A DNA stretch of 13,207 bases from an uncultured cyanobacterium (lineage in GTDB: Bacteria > Cyanobacteriota > Cyanobacteriia > Cyanobacteriales > Microcystaceae): positions 1 through 13,207 of the forward strand of contig CAWEDJ010000023.1 of assembly GCA_963807635.1 (NCBI GenBank), written 5' to 3'. Shown piece after piece: positions 1 through 7,061 of the stretch. The notes under the pieces are model-generated. The model was not told the origin of the DNA. It worked only from the letters and a program-made list of their open reading frames with translations, and did not search any database. Position 1 is the first letter of the stretch. The number at the start of each line of letters is the position of its first letter. The translations under genes and the position numbers were made by a program.

Positions 1-48
1 TACTTAGTCCGATCAAATAGCGATCGCTCCCAACTCTTTCTCACCTCT

Positions 49-621
49 CTATTCAACCCAGGTGACTTTGCGATAAATATCATCTATCAGACAGCGATAA
101 TTGATACTCCGAAACTCTACTTCCTCCTCCGCGTTGTAACATTTTTCTGACCAAAATCCTGATGACTCACGCCGATAACATTCAATTTTTCGCTGACTTT
201 GATTAATAAGAACGTATTCTTGCAATGTAGGACAGGTTTGATAATCCGTAAACTTTTCCCCCCGATCAAAGGCTTCCGTTGATTTTGATAATACCTCAAT
301 GATCAGAATAGGATAAAGAATAAAATCATCGGTATTACTAATCTCTCTTTCATCACAGACAACTGCAAGATCAGGATAATAATAACAATTTGCCTTTTCT
401 AATTTAACCTTAATATCAGAATTGAGAACAAGACAAGGACTATGAATGAGATGATTACTTAAAATTTGAGTCAAATTACTGGCTAAAACGATGTGGGGTT
501 TTCTAGCTCCGACCATTGCATAAACTTCGCCCCGTCGATATTCATGCTTAATCGGACTAACTCTTTCTCCTTCTAAATATACTTCGGGAGAGATATAAAA
601 AAATTGACGATTGCTTACCAT
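49..621 (-). CDS. Uma2 family (DUF820) PD-(D/E)xK putative endonuclease
   Basis: 190-aa ORF with Uma2 hallmarks: KHEY..GEVYAM, YPDLAVVC, IIEVLSKST..DRGEKF..Y, LQEYVLI. The family is highly expanded in cyanobacteria. Confidence 0.92.
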   Translation of the reverse strand: MVSNRQFFYISPEVYLEGERVSPIKHEYRRGEVYAMVGARKPHIVLASNLTQILSNHLIHSPCLVLNSDIKVKLEKANCYYYPDLAVVCDEREISNTDDFILYPILIIEVLSKSTEAFDRGEKFTDYQTCPTLQEYVLINQSQRKIECYRRESSGFWSEKCYNAEEEVEFRSINYRCLIDDIYRKVTWVE

Positions 622-724
622 AATTTATTGATTTGATAGGAAAAGCTTTTAATTCTTCACTCTTTATTAATGATACTGTATTGTTTTAAGAAAATAAATC
701 TCAAGTGGGCTGGAGTACAAATTA

Positions 725-747
725 TAAAAAATGCGATCGCGCACAGT
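725..747 (-). repeat. HIP1-centred 23-bp element; inverted copy of 2941-2963
   Basis: Reverse complement ACTGTGCGCGATCGCATTTTTTA vs ACTGAGCGCGATCGCATTTTTTA at 2941-2963, 22/23 identical. Confidence 0.75.
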
Positions 748-768
748 AAAAATATTTATTTATGATAT

Positions 769-2177
769 CGCTGTTCTATCAATCTAGGCAGAAGATAGAT
801 AGAAATCACGCGGAAAAATCATCTCCAACAGAGAATTTGTTAGTTTACTTAACTGGAAGAATAGACGACAAAATACTCGCAGTATTTGAGGAGTAAAAAT
901 CACGACTAACCAAGGTTTAAGCAGATTGAAGTAACATAATGGCTGAATAAACAATCGTAAATTATTGAGGGTATTTTTCCAGCCCTTTCCCTTATTCCAT
1001 TTTGGGTGTTTCTGCATTTCTTCTTGAGCAGATTCAGCTAATGTATCAGGAGGTTTTCTGGATTTGTTCAAGGCTTCTGATTGAAGACTCACCATTAAGT
1101 AAGCACTCATGACCAGTTCCCACCACTTTTCAATTTTTTTATATTCTGTTACTCGAAAATCTGCCCATCCTAATTCATTTTTACTTTGCTTTAAACCGTA
1201 CTCTACCCAATTTCTTACTCCGTACAAGTTACCAACTTCTTTATATTTAATGTTGGCTACTTTTGTCATAATATAGAAAGTGGAGTTCGGTGGTAGCGTT
1301 TCTGTATTATCTGTTACTTGCCAATATCTTATTTCTCTTTTTTTACCGAATATAATCTCTCTTATATATCTGATTTCTTTCTTTCCTGTTGAGAATATTC
1401 TGGTGAACTCTCTCCATTTATTACATCTTACTTTTTGCTCAGGTGCCAACCATACTCCGTGATTGCTCCGAATCGCTAGCACAAAGTCTAGTTTTTCTTT
1501 TTCTAAGATACTAACAAAATTATTCTCACTTTCACCATATTCACTATCTGCTAATACGATTTTAATTTTAAATCCTAACTCTTTCAGCTTTTTAATCATT
1601 TCTCCTGCAATTTTTGGCTTACTTTTGTATTCATCTCCTTCTTTTAATCTTGACTTTGGTTTGTACACTTCACTTAATAAGGGGAATGTCATTTCTCTTA
1701 TTACGCCATAGGCTGTTACTGCCACTATTCCATTTTCTATCTTTCCTAGATTTCCTATGTATTGTCTCTTCACATCATCTGTTTTATTCCCTTTTTTCTA
1801 TCTCCTGTTTCGTCTATAATTACTATTATTTCCTCCTCTTTTACTTCATTTAAAATTAATTTTAATCTTCTCTTTCTTACTTCCTCTACTGACCACTCTG
1901 ATTTTCCTATAAAATAATCTATTCCCTGACTATTTTCTAGCCCCGCTACTTCCGCTATTACTGGAAATGTCTTTCTTTTTTTCTCTGATATTAATCCCAA
2001 ATGGATGTATTTAAAATATTCATAACTTCTCACTTCTGGGAATAAGTCTCTATACACTTCATAGTATTCATCAATGAATTTCACTGTTTCTTGCGCTACC
2101 CGTGGCTTAACCATATACCACCTACCTCTTTCAGGGCTTTTTCTTAATTATAACTCTCCTTCTCTGATATAACAGCG
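769..2177 (-). mobile_element. IS701-family insertion sequence (~1.4 kb)
   Basis: The transposase ORFs are bounded by 13-bp imperfect inverted repeats: CGCTGTTCTATCA (769-781) and TGATATAACAGCG (2165-2177), 12/13 match. The size fits the family. Exact ends are inferred and no target duplication is visible. Confidence 0.75.
784..2114 (-). pseudogene. IS701-family DDE transposase split into two frames (1770..2114 and 784..1773); pseudogene or -1 programmed frameshift
   Basis: ORF A ends IIDETGDRKKG and the -1 frame continues NKTDDVKRQYIGNLGKIENG. Later motifs are VLADSEYG and RNWVEYGLKQSKNELGWADF. Joining the frames gives a typical cyanobacterial IS701 transposase. Confidence 0.88.
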
Positions 2178-2238
2178 TTAGATACTTGGTTTATTGTTGC
2201 TCTGATTAATAAACGAGATCAATCTCATCTTTTTTGAT

Positions 2239-2295
2239 GATCGCATTTTAAAAATTTGATAAGACGGCGATCACTTTTTGGGTTAATGATAGTCA
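2239..2295 (+). repeat. Direct repeat copy A (double degenerate-HIP1 element) downstream of parE
   Basis: GATCGCATTTTAAAAATTTGATAAGACGGCGATCACTTTTTGGGTTAATGATAGTCA aligns by hand to 2950-3007 at 48 of 58 columns. Confidence 0.8.
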
Positions 2296-2322
2296 AGTGA
2301 AATTTTGGATAAAGTTCTATTA

Positions 2323-2610
2323 TTAAAACAAATCGCTTAAGTTTTGATGACCATTGACAATTCTTAGGATCTCAATTTGGTCGTCACTCACCCGATAAAA
2401 AATAATGTATCCTTTCAGAGGTAAGCCCCGCAGTGAAGGCGTAATGTGGTTATAACTTCTTCCCATTAAGGGAAACTGAGTTAACTGTTTAATTTTCTGG
2501 TTAAAAAGTTGAAATAGTTTCTCTCCTGCGGTTACATTAACAGTCAGAAAGTAGTCTGCAATTTTGTTTAAATCTCGACTGGCAGTAGGAGCAATAATAA
2601 ATTTTTTCAT
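2323..2610 (-). CDS. parE: Type II toxin, RelE/ParE family (ParE-like)
   Basis: 95 aa with I.P.ASRDL..I..Y, L..FPLMGR and YIIFYRV....IEILRIVNG motifs; starts 2 bp after the antitoxin stop. Confidence 0.88.
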   Translation of the reverse strand: MKKFIIAPTASRDLNKIADYFLTVNVTAGEKLFQLFNQKIKQLTQFPLMGRSYNHITPSLRGLPLKGYIIFYRVSDDQIEILRIVNGHQNLSDLF

Positions 2611-2612
2611 TA

Positions 2613-2873
2613 CTATTTTTGCTGGACTAGGGCAAATTTAGTGAGTAAATCATTGATGACTGTTTCACCATCTAAGCCTTCACCATTATCTATTTCTTGG
2701 ATGGCAACATCAATTTTTTGACGAGTTTCATCTACCCATTGCCAATAGTCATCTTGAAGATTTTCTAAAACCTTAAAGGCGGCATCTATCACCTGTTCAG
2801 GGTTATCAAATTTCCCTGTGTTTAATTGTTTTTGAATAAATTCTTCTTGTTTGGGCTGAAGTTGAATATTCAT
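2613..2873 (-). CDS. parD: Type II antitoxin, ParD-like (ribbon-helix-helix N-terminus)
   Basis: 86 aa: MNIQL.P.QEEFI..QL.TGKF....QVI..A, then an acidic C-terminus (I.EID.GEGLDGETV); directly upstream of parE. Confidence 0.85.
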   Translation of the reverse strand: MNIQLQPKQEEFIQKQLNTGKFDNPEQVIDAAFKVLENLQDDYWQWVDETRQKIDVAIQEIDNGEGLDGETVINDLLTKFALVQQK

Positions 2874-2949
2874 AATATATTCTTACGTTAAAATTTGTAC
2901 GCCGATTATACTGTATCAATTCCATTATAGCCAGACGATAACTGAGCGC

Positions 2950-3007
2950 GATCGCATTTTTTAAGTTTTGATAAGAGAGCGATCGCTTTTTTTGTTGATG
3001 ATAGTCA
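2950..3007 (+). repeat. Direct repeat copy B with two intact HIP1 sites (2948-2955, 2979-2986)
   Basis: GATCGCATTTTTTAAGTTTTGATAAGAGAGCGATCGCTTTTTTTGTTGATGATAGTCA; counterpart of 2239-2295. Confidence 0.8.
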
Positions 3008-3046
3008 TCTAACATCGCAGTTTTCTCGATTTCGATATTTTAAAAA

Positions 3047-3964
3047 CTAATCAACTTCAAAATAGTCAAAATCAATCTTTTTAATTTTATACTCTGAAAC
3101 TGTAGAGACTCCTAAATCAACATCAATCATATATTGAGCTAACTCTTCACCATCAATCATAACTAATTTTATATCGTTCTTAGGAGAATAGGATTTAGCT
3201 TGTTCAGAAAATCTAGACGTTGTAATAAAAATTCCTTTTTTAGCACCTTGTCCAGCCAAAGCACCTACAAATTTCTGAAGCTCAGGTCTTCCTACTACGC
3301 TTTCCCAGCGTTTTGCTTGAATGTAAATGGTATCTAATCCCAGGCGATCTTCCTTAATAATACCGTCAATTCCTTCATCTCCAGTTTTACCAATTGCTCG
3401 ACCAGCCTCTTTAATCGAGCCACCATATCCCATCTTAACAAGTAATTCTACGACTAATTTTTCAAAAAAGTCGGGTGGGCAAGATTTCACTTTTTCTAAA
3501 ATTTCTAACGCTAAGTTACCCCTAATTTCTTGATAGGAATATTCGAGTAACTCTTCAGGGGTTTGTTGATTATCTCTAATCGTCTCAGTTACACTATCTA
3601 ATTGTTTAGAGACAATTCCTGTAATACCAACAAAGTCTAAATATTCGGGATATTGTTTTAATAGAGATATAGTAATCTTTTCTGGTTTATTTTTGAGTAA
3701 CTCCAACCCGCGAGACGTTATTTGAAAAAATGCTCGACTAGGATATTCTAGTAAACCCGCTTTTTTAAGATGAGTTCTTGACCATCCTACACGATTAAAA
3801 AAAATTGTTTGCTTACCACTAGGTAACAATCTTTTTTGCTCATCCTCAGTTAAATTGAAATAACGAGTAAGATATTCAATACATTCCTTAAGAGAGTGTT
3901 GTTTTTCATCACTAGCAAAATCAAGAAAAGGAAGTAAAATACTTTGAAAAGCGGGAATTGGCAT
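3047..3964 (-). CDS. mrr: Mrr-family (type IV) restriction endonuclease
   Basis: 305 aa. Mrr N-terminal winged-helix region (LLPSGKQTIF.NRVGWSRTHLKKAGLL..PSR..FQIT.RG) and catalytic domain (FFEKLVVELL..MGYG, GDEGIDG, IYIQAKRW, KGIFITTS, IDGEEL) with an intact D..QxK motif. Confidence 0.93.
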   Translation of the reverse strand: MPIPAFQSILLPFLDFASDEKQHSLKECIEYLTRYFNLTEDEQKRLLPSGKQTIFFNRVGWSRTHLKKAGLLEYPSRAFFQITSRGLELLKNKPEKITISLLKQYPEYLDFVGITGIVSKQLDSVTETIRDNQQTPEELLEYSYQEIRGNLALEILEKVKSCPPDFFEKLVVELLVKMGYGGSIKEAGRAIGKTGDEGIDGIIKEDRLGLDTIYIQAKRWESVVGRPELQKFVGALAGQGAKKGIFITTSRFSEQAKSYSPKNDIKLVMIDGEELAQYMIDVDLGVSTVSEYKIKKIDFDYFEVD

Positions 3965-3969
3965 ATTGA

Positions 3970-4461
3970 CTAATAATTAAGAACGAGTTGTCGTAAAGGT
4001 TCAGCATTAGGTTCAGTTTTAACTAAATTAAAACCTGTTATTTTTTCTGCAATAGCTATTTCATCTTCTTTAAGATAATGAAAGGATTGCGGCGGACGAA
4101 ATCTCACCCATGTTTTACGAATTTCTTCTAAAGAAAGTTTAGATGTAAATCTATCTTTAATCCTAATACCAACGCCAAAATTAGATTTTTGATAATAATC
4201 ATCAAACTCTTTTTTGCTTACACCAGCATCATCTTTGACTTTTTTCCATAAAACTTGAGTTTCTTCATAAATAATTTCCTGAACTTCAAACCATCCGACT
4301 AAAGATTTAGTAGGTGAAGACTCATAGATAAGTATAAAATCCCCGATATTTAACTGAGGCTTGGCTTTACGAAGCTCAATCGTTTTTTGTTTGTCCAAAA
4401 TTTTTTGAACAAATTCAGGTTTAATTGATAGAAGTAATACTTGAGGTTTTCTTAAATTCAT
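3970..4461 (-). CDS. Stand-alone ASCH (PUA-superfamily) domain protein
   Basis: 163 aa: LLSIKPEFVQKIL..QKTIELRK (ASCH KxxExR motif), GD.ILIYESSP...VG.F.V and RPPQSF.YL. Its start overlaps the upstream stop (ATGA, 4458-4461). Confidence 0.85.
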   Translation of the reverse strand: MNLRKPQVLLLSIKPEFVQKILDKQKTIELRKAKPQLNIGDFILIYESSPTKSLVGWFEVQEIIYEETQVLWKKVKDDAGVSKKEFDDYYQKSNFGVGIRIKDRFTSKLSLEEIRKTWVRFRPPQSFHYLKEDEIAIAEKITGFNLVKTEPNAEPLRQLVLNY

Positions 4462-6566
4462 TTGATTTCTAAATTAAATCCTAAACGATAAAGCGCAATA
4501 AATTCAGCTTGAGATATTCTGGTTGTTGATTGCATAGTAACACGTTTTTCGAGACATTGTTGTATCTTTTTTAACTCAATAGGGTTTGGCAATTGTTCAG
4601 TATGACTGAATTTTATTGCCATAACTTGTTTAGATTTTGAGCAAGACTTAATTTGTTCAAGATTATACAAACCCAGATGTTGAAATTTTTTATACAGAAC
4701 TTCAGGTGTATCAATGATAACATCATCAACCTGTGAACAGGCTCTAATTGAACTGATATTAGAATAACCAGAATCTTTACATTGGCTGACGTACCAAAAG
4801 ATACGAGCAGGAGCCTTTTTTAAACCACCATTACCTTGAATACTTTTATAATAAACTGTATCTAAACTTAAAAATAAATCTGATCGTCGTGAACCAAATA
4901 AGTTTTCTTTTGCTAAATTCTTATCAAATAGCTCTTTGGCATATTCGGGTTTAATGGGAATAATAAAGTTTGGCATATAAGCATCTTCTATCTTTAGAGG
5001 CCATAACAAACGTTCCATGTCCATTGCATAAAATGGGTCTTGTAATGCTTCATCTGAATCTAACCATGAGATTAAAAGCTGGCTAAGACTAGAGTATTCA
5101 GGATTATTTTTACTAGATTGATTTAAAAATGTAATAACTTTCTGTGAACTTAATGTGTCTCGATAACACGCCTTAATCCATTCAAAACCCTGCTGATTTT
5201 TAATAAAATATTGACTTTCTAGAATTTGTTTCTCTGATTCTTTTAGATGAGGATCGGTAATTTTTAAAAAAGAACAATTTTGTAAAATTGAAATTTCTAA
5301 TAACTTATTAACGACAAAGTTTAACAATGTACCTGTTAAGTTCGTGTCTTGGATAATCCGTAAAATAGGCGTTTCTATTTGTCCTTTTTGTGACGTGTCA
5401 TAAACAAATAAAATATATGGCTCATTCTCGTAAGCTAATATATAACATTGAAAATTAGCCTTTTGATTATTATAATTATTGAGTTTTTCTAGGAAATTAT
5501 CGTGATTAGAATCCGGATAAATATCCTGAATTGCTTTGCTAATATCTTTTAAAATAGAGTCATTTAATGTCTTTAATTGAACAGATTTGTTTTCTAATAA
5601 TAAAGGCTGATATTCAATTTTGTCGGTATTGCCTTCTCGAAGATCAATAGCCTCCTCTACTGAAATAATCCGTAAACCTGTCTTCTCGTAAAACAAACTT
5701 GACAAGTCTAATAATTCACTTCTTTCCGTGATAAAGTACGAAATTTTTGAGGCTAAACATCTCGCTATGTGTCTAATACTTACGACATTGAGTTTCACTT
5801 CTTTTTCAGACAATATCACTTTAAGAGATTTAAGGTATTTTTGAAAATCAATATTTTCACAATCTTGTTGCAAAAAATGGCTCTTGACTAAACTCCATAA
5901 ATCTTCTTGTCTTTCAGAATATAATGTTTTAATTTCATTTAAAATTTCGCTGGTTATACAAACACCTAGATAGGAACGAAGCCATTCTACTGAATTTTCA
6001 CTGGGATTTTCTTTTATGAATTTTTGTAAGGTATAAGCATCAATAGAACATTTAAGATCTAAGTTTTCAGAATTAATATACGAAAAAATAGATGGAAGAT
6101 TTGGATTTATAAACCGCATTGACCAGTCTGTTAAGGTATCTCCTGGTCTTTTAGCTGGTTTATCAAAAATTGAGGAATAACCCAACGCACGCCACATTTC
6201 ATCGATACCATAATAACTTTTACAATGGAATTGAATTTGAGAAGAAAGAGGACGAGCTAATTTGACTAATTCATCGTTAAGACGTTTTGCAAGTTTTTTT
6301 CCCTTGTGTTCTTGTTTGACACAAAGTTGCCATAATCGAGTATAGTTTTTATTCTTGTTAACACTCCAGATTAAGTAACCTGCCAAATTGTCATTAATAA
6401 ATGCAACTAATATGCCAGGATTTTTTGCATGTTGCTGATAAAAACAATATGAACAAAAACCTAGAGTTTTCTTATTTGCATCGGCAAGATCAATGATTTC
6501 TTGAATGAAAGGAGAGTTTGCCTCTTTTATTAGTTCAATTCTTACATCAGATTCTAAAGAAGACAT
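4458..6566 (-). CDS. Multidomain protein: N-terminal GNAT acetyltransferase, PIN-like domain, second degenerate GNAT-like region, C-terminal ASCH/PUA-like domain
   Basis: aa ~8-152 GNAT (LAGYL, QLCVKQEHKGKKLAKRL motif A, MW.ALGY). aa ~170-310 PIN-like layout (SIDAY, ITSEILNEI, SIRHIARCLA....FITER). aa ~533-702 resembles the neighbouring ASCH protein (IPIKPEYAKELFD, RIFWYVS, MQS). AGGAG RBS 9 nt upstream (6576-6580). The second GNAT-like region is the least certain call. Confidence 0.75.
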   Translation of the reverse strand: MSSLESDVRIELIKEANSPFIQEIIDLADANKKTLGFCSYCFYQQHAKNPGILVAFINDNLAGYLIWSVNKNKNYTRLWQLCVKQEHKGKKLAKRLNDELVKLARPLSSQIQFHCKSYYGIDEMWRALGYSSIFDKPAKRPGDTLTDWSMRFINPNLPSIFSYINSENLDLKCSIDAYTLQKFIKENPSENSVEWLRSYLGVCITSEILNEIKTLYSERQEDLWSLVKSHFLQQDCENIDFQKYLKSLKVILSEKEVKLNVVSIRHIARCLASKISYFITERSELLDLSSLFYEKTGLRIISVEEAIDLREGNTDKIEYQPLLLENKSVQLKTLNDSILKDISKAIQDIYPDSNHDNFLEKLNNYNNQKANFQCYILAYENEPYILFVYDTSQKGQIETPILRIIQDTNLTGTLLNFVVNKLLEISILQNCSFLKITDPHLKESEKQILESQYFIKNQQGFEWIKACYRDTLSSQKVITFLNQSSKNNPEYSSLSQLLISWLDSDEALQDPFYAMDMERLLWPLKIEDAYMPNFIIPIKPEYAKELFDKNLAKENLFGSRRSDLFLSLDTVYYKSIQGNGGLKKAPARIFWYVSQCKDSGYSNISSIRACSQVDDVIIDTPEVLYKKFQHLGLYNLEQIKSCSKSKQVMAIKFSHTEQLPNPIELKKIQQCLEKRVTMQSTTRISQAEFIALYRLGFNLEIK

Positions 6567-6640
6567 AAATGGTGACTCCTAATATTTGCATAAGACACAA
6601 AATCAAAAAACTATTATTTAAGTTTAACAGAAAAAATATT

Positions 6641-6901
6641 TTAGTCTTCTATTCCTTGCCATAGCTCCGAAACTGGTCTTATTTTTCCTTCTTTGTACTC
6701 CTGTAAAGCCCTTCTCAAACTAGCCTTAACTTCTTCTACAGGCGTATCATCGGGATCAAACTCAACTTCATCCGATTTCGTCAGGTCATTGCTCTCCTGT
6801 CCCGCTAAATGGGCCAAAAAATCAGCCGCAATTAATAGCTTATCGTTTGATAACTGTTCGACATAATCTTGAATTTGACTGCGAAGCTCTACCACACTCA
6901 T
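6641..6901 (-). CDS. Small acidic antitoxin-like hypothetical protein
   Basis: 86 aa with a helical N-terminus (I.DYVEQLS..KL....DFLAHL) and C-terminal DPDDTP.EEV..SLRRALQE.KEG...PVSELW..I, resembling cyanobacterial putative antitoxins. GAGG RBS at 6911-6914. Confidence 0.65.
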   Translation of the reverse strand: MSVVELRSQIQDYVEQLSNDKLLIAADFLAHLAGQESNDLTKSDEVEFDPDDTPVEEVKASLRRALQEYKEGKIRPVSELWQGIED

Positions 6902-6929
6902 AACAAAAGACCTCTACAAAATCTAGACT

Positions 6930-6938
6930 ATTATAGCA
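6930..6938 (-). promoter_or_regulatory. Extended -10 promoter element (TGCTATAAT) upstream of the small gene/GNAT/ASCH/Mrr run
   Basis: The minus strand reads TG-C-TATAAT, a perfect TGnTATAAT, 28 nt upstream of the 6901 start codon. Confidence 0.55.
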
Positions 6939-7026
6939 AAATCCGTTAAGCGCGATCGCCTGCAAATATCTCAACGATTTAAAATATGTAACCCAACAGG
7001 ATTTGGTATTAAAAATTGTGTAGGAT

Positions 7027-7035
7027 TGGTATAGT
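7027..7035 (+). promoter_or_regulatory. Possible extended -10 (TGGTATAGT) for crr7
   Basis: TGn-TATAGT, 26 nt upstream of the ATG at 7062. Confidence 0.35.
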
Positions 7036-7061
7036 GAAACTTTAGTTTAATTTAAAATTCT

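Noticed and set aside
117..299. Short alternative-frame or antisense ORFs inside long genes (117-299, 3327-3533, 7592-7834, 8783-8965, 8909-9115, 9844-10056, 10460-10699, 11309-11491, 11741-12061, 12418-12663)
   Set aside because: Each lies within or largely overlaps a well-supported gene or IS and shows no independent coding signal.
1280..1853. Plus-strand ORFs 1280-1462, 1463-1711 and 1614-1853
   Set aside because: Antisense shadows of the IS701 transposase; low-complexity F/L/S/I-rich translations.
2189..2240. Small hairpins between IS701 and parE (GTTTATT/AATAAAC, GAGAT/ATCTC, TCATC/GATGA)
   Set aside because: Short stems expected by chance in AT-rich DNA; no attC-like or terminator structure is convincing.
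2806..3015. 69-aa minus-strand ORF overlapping the parD start
   Set aside because: Runs through the HIP1 repeat and promoter region, overlaps parD out of frame and has no recognisable motif.
3013..3037. Possible third degenerate copy of the HIP1 direct repeat (CATCGCAGTTTTCTCGATTTCGATA)
   Set aside because: Similarity is too short and weak to distinguish from chance by eye.
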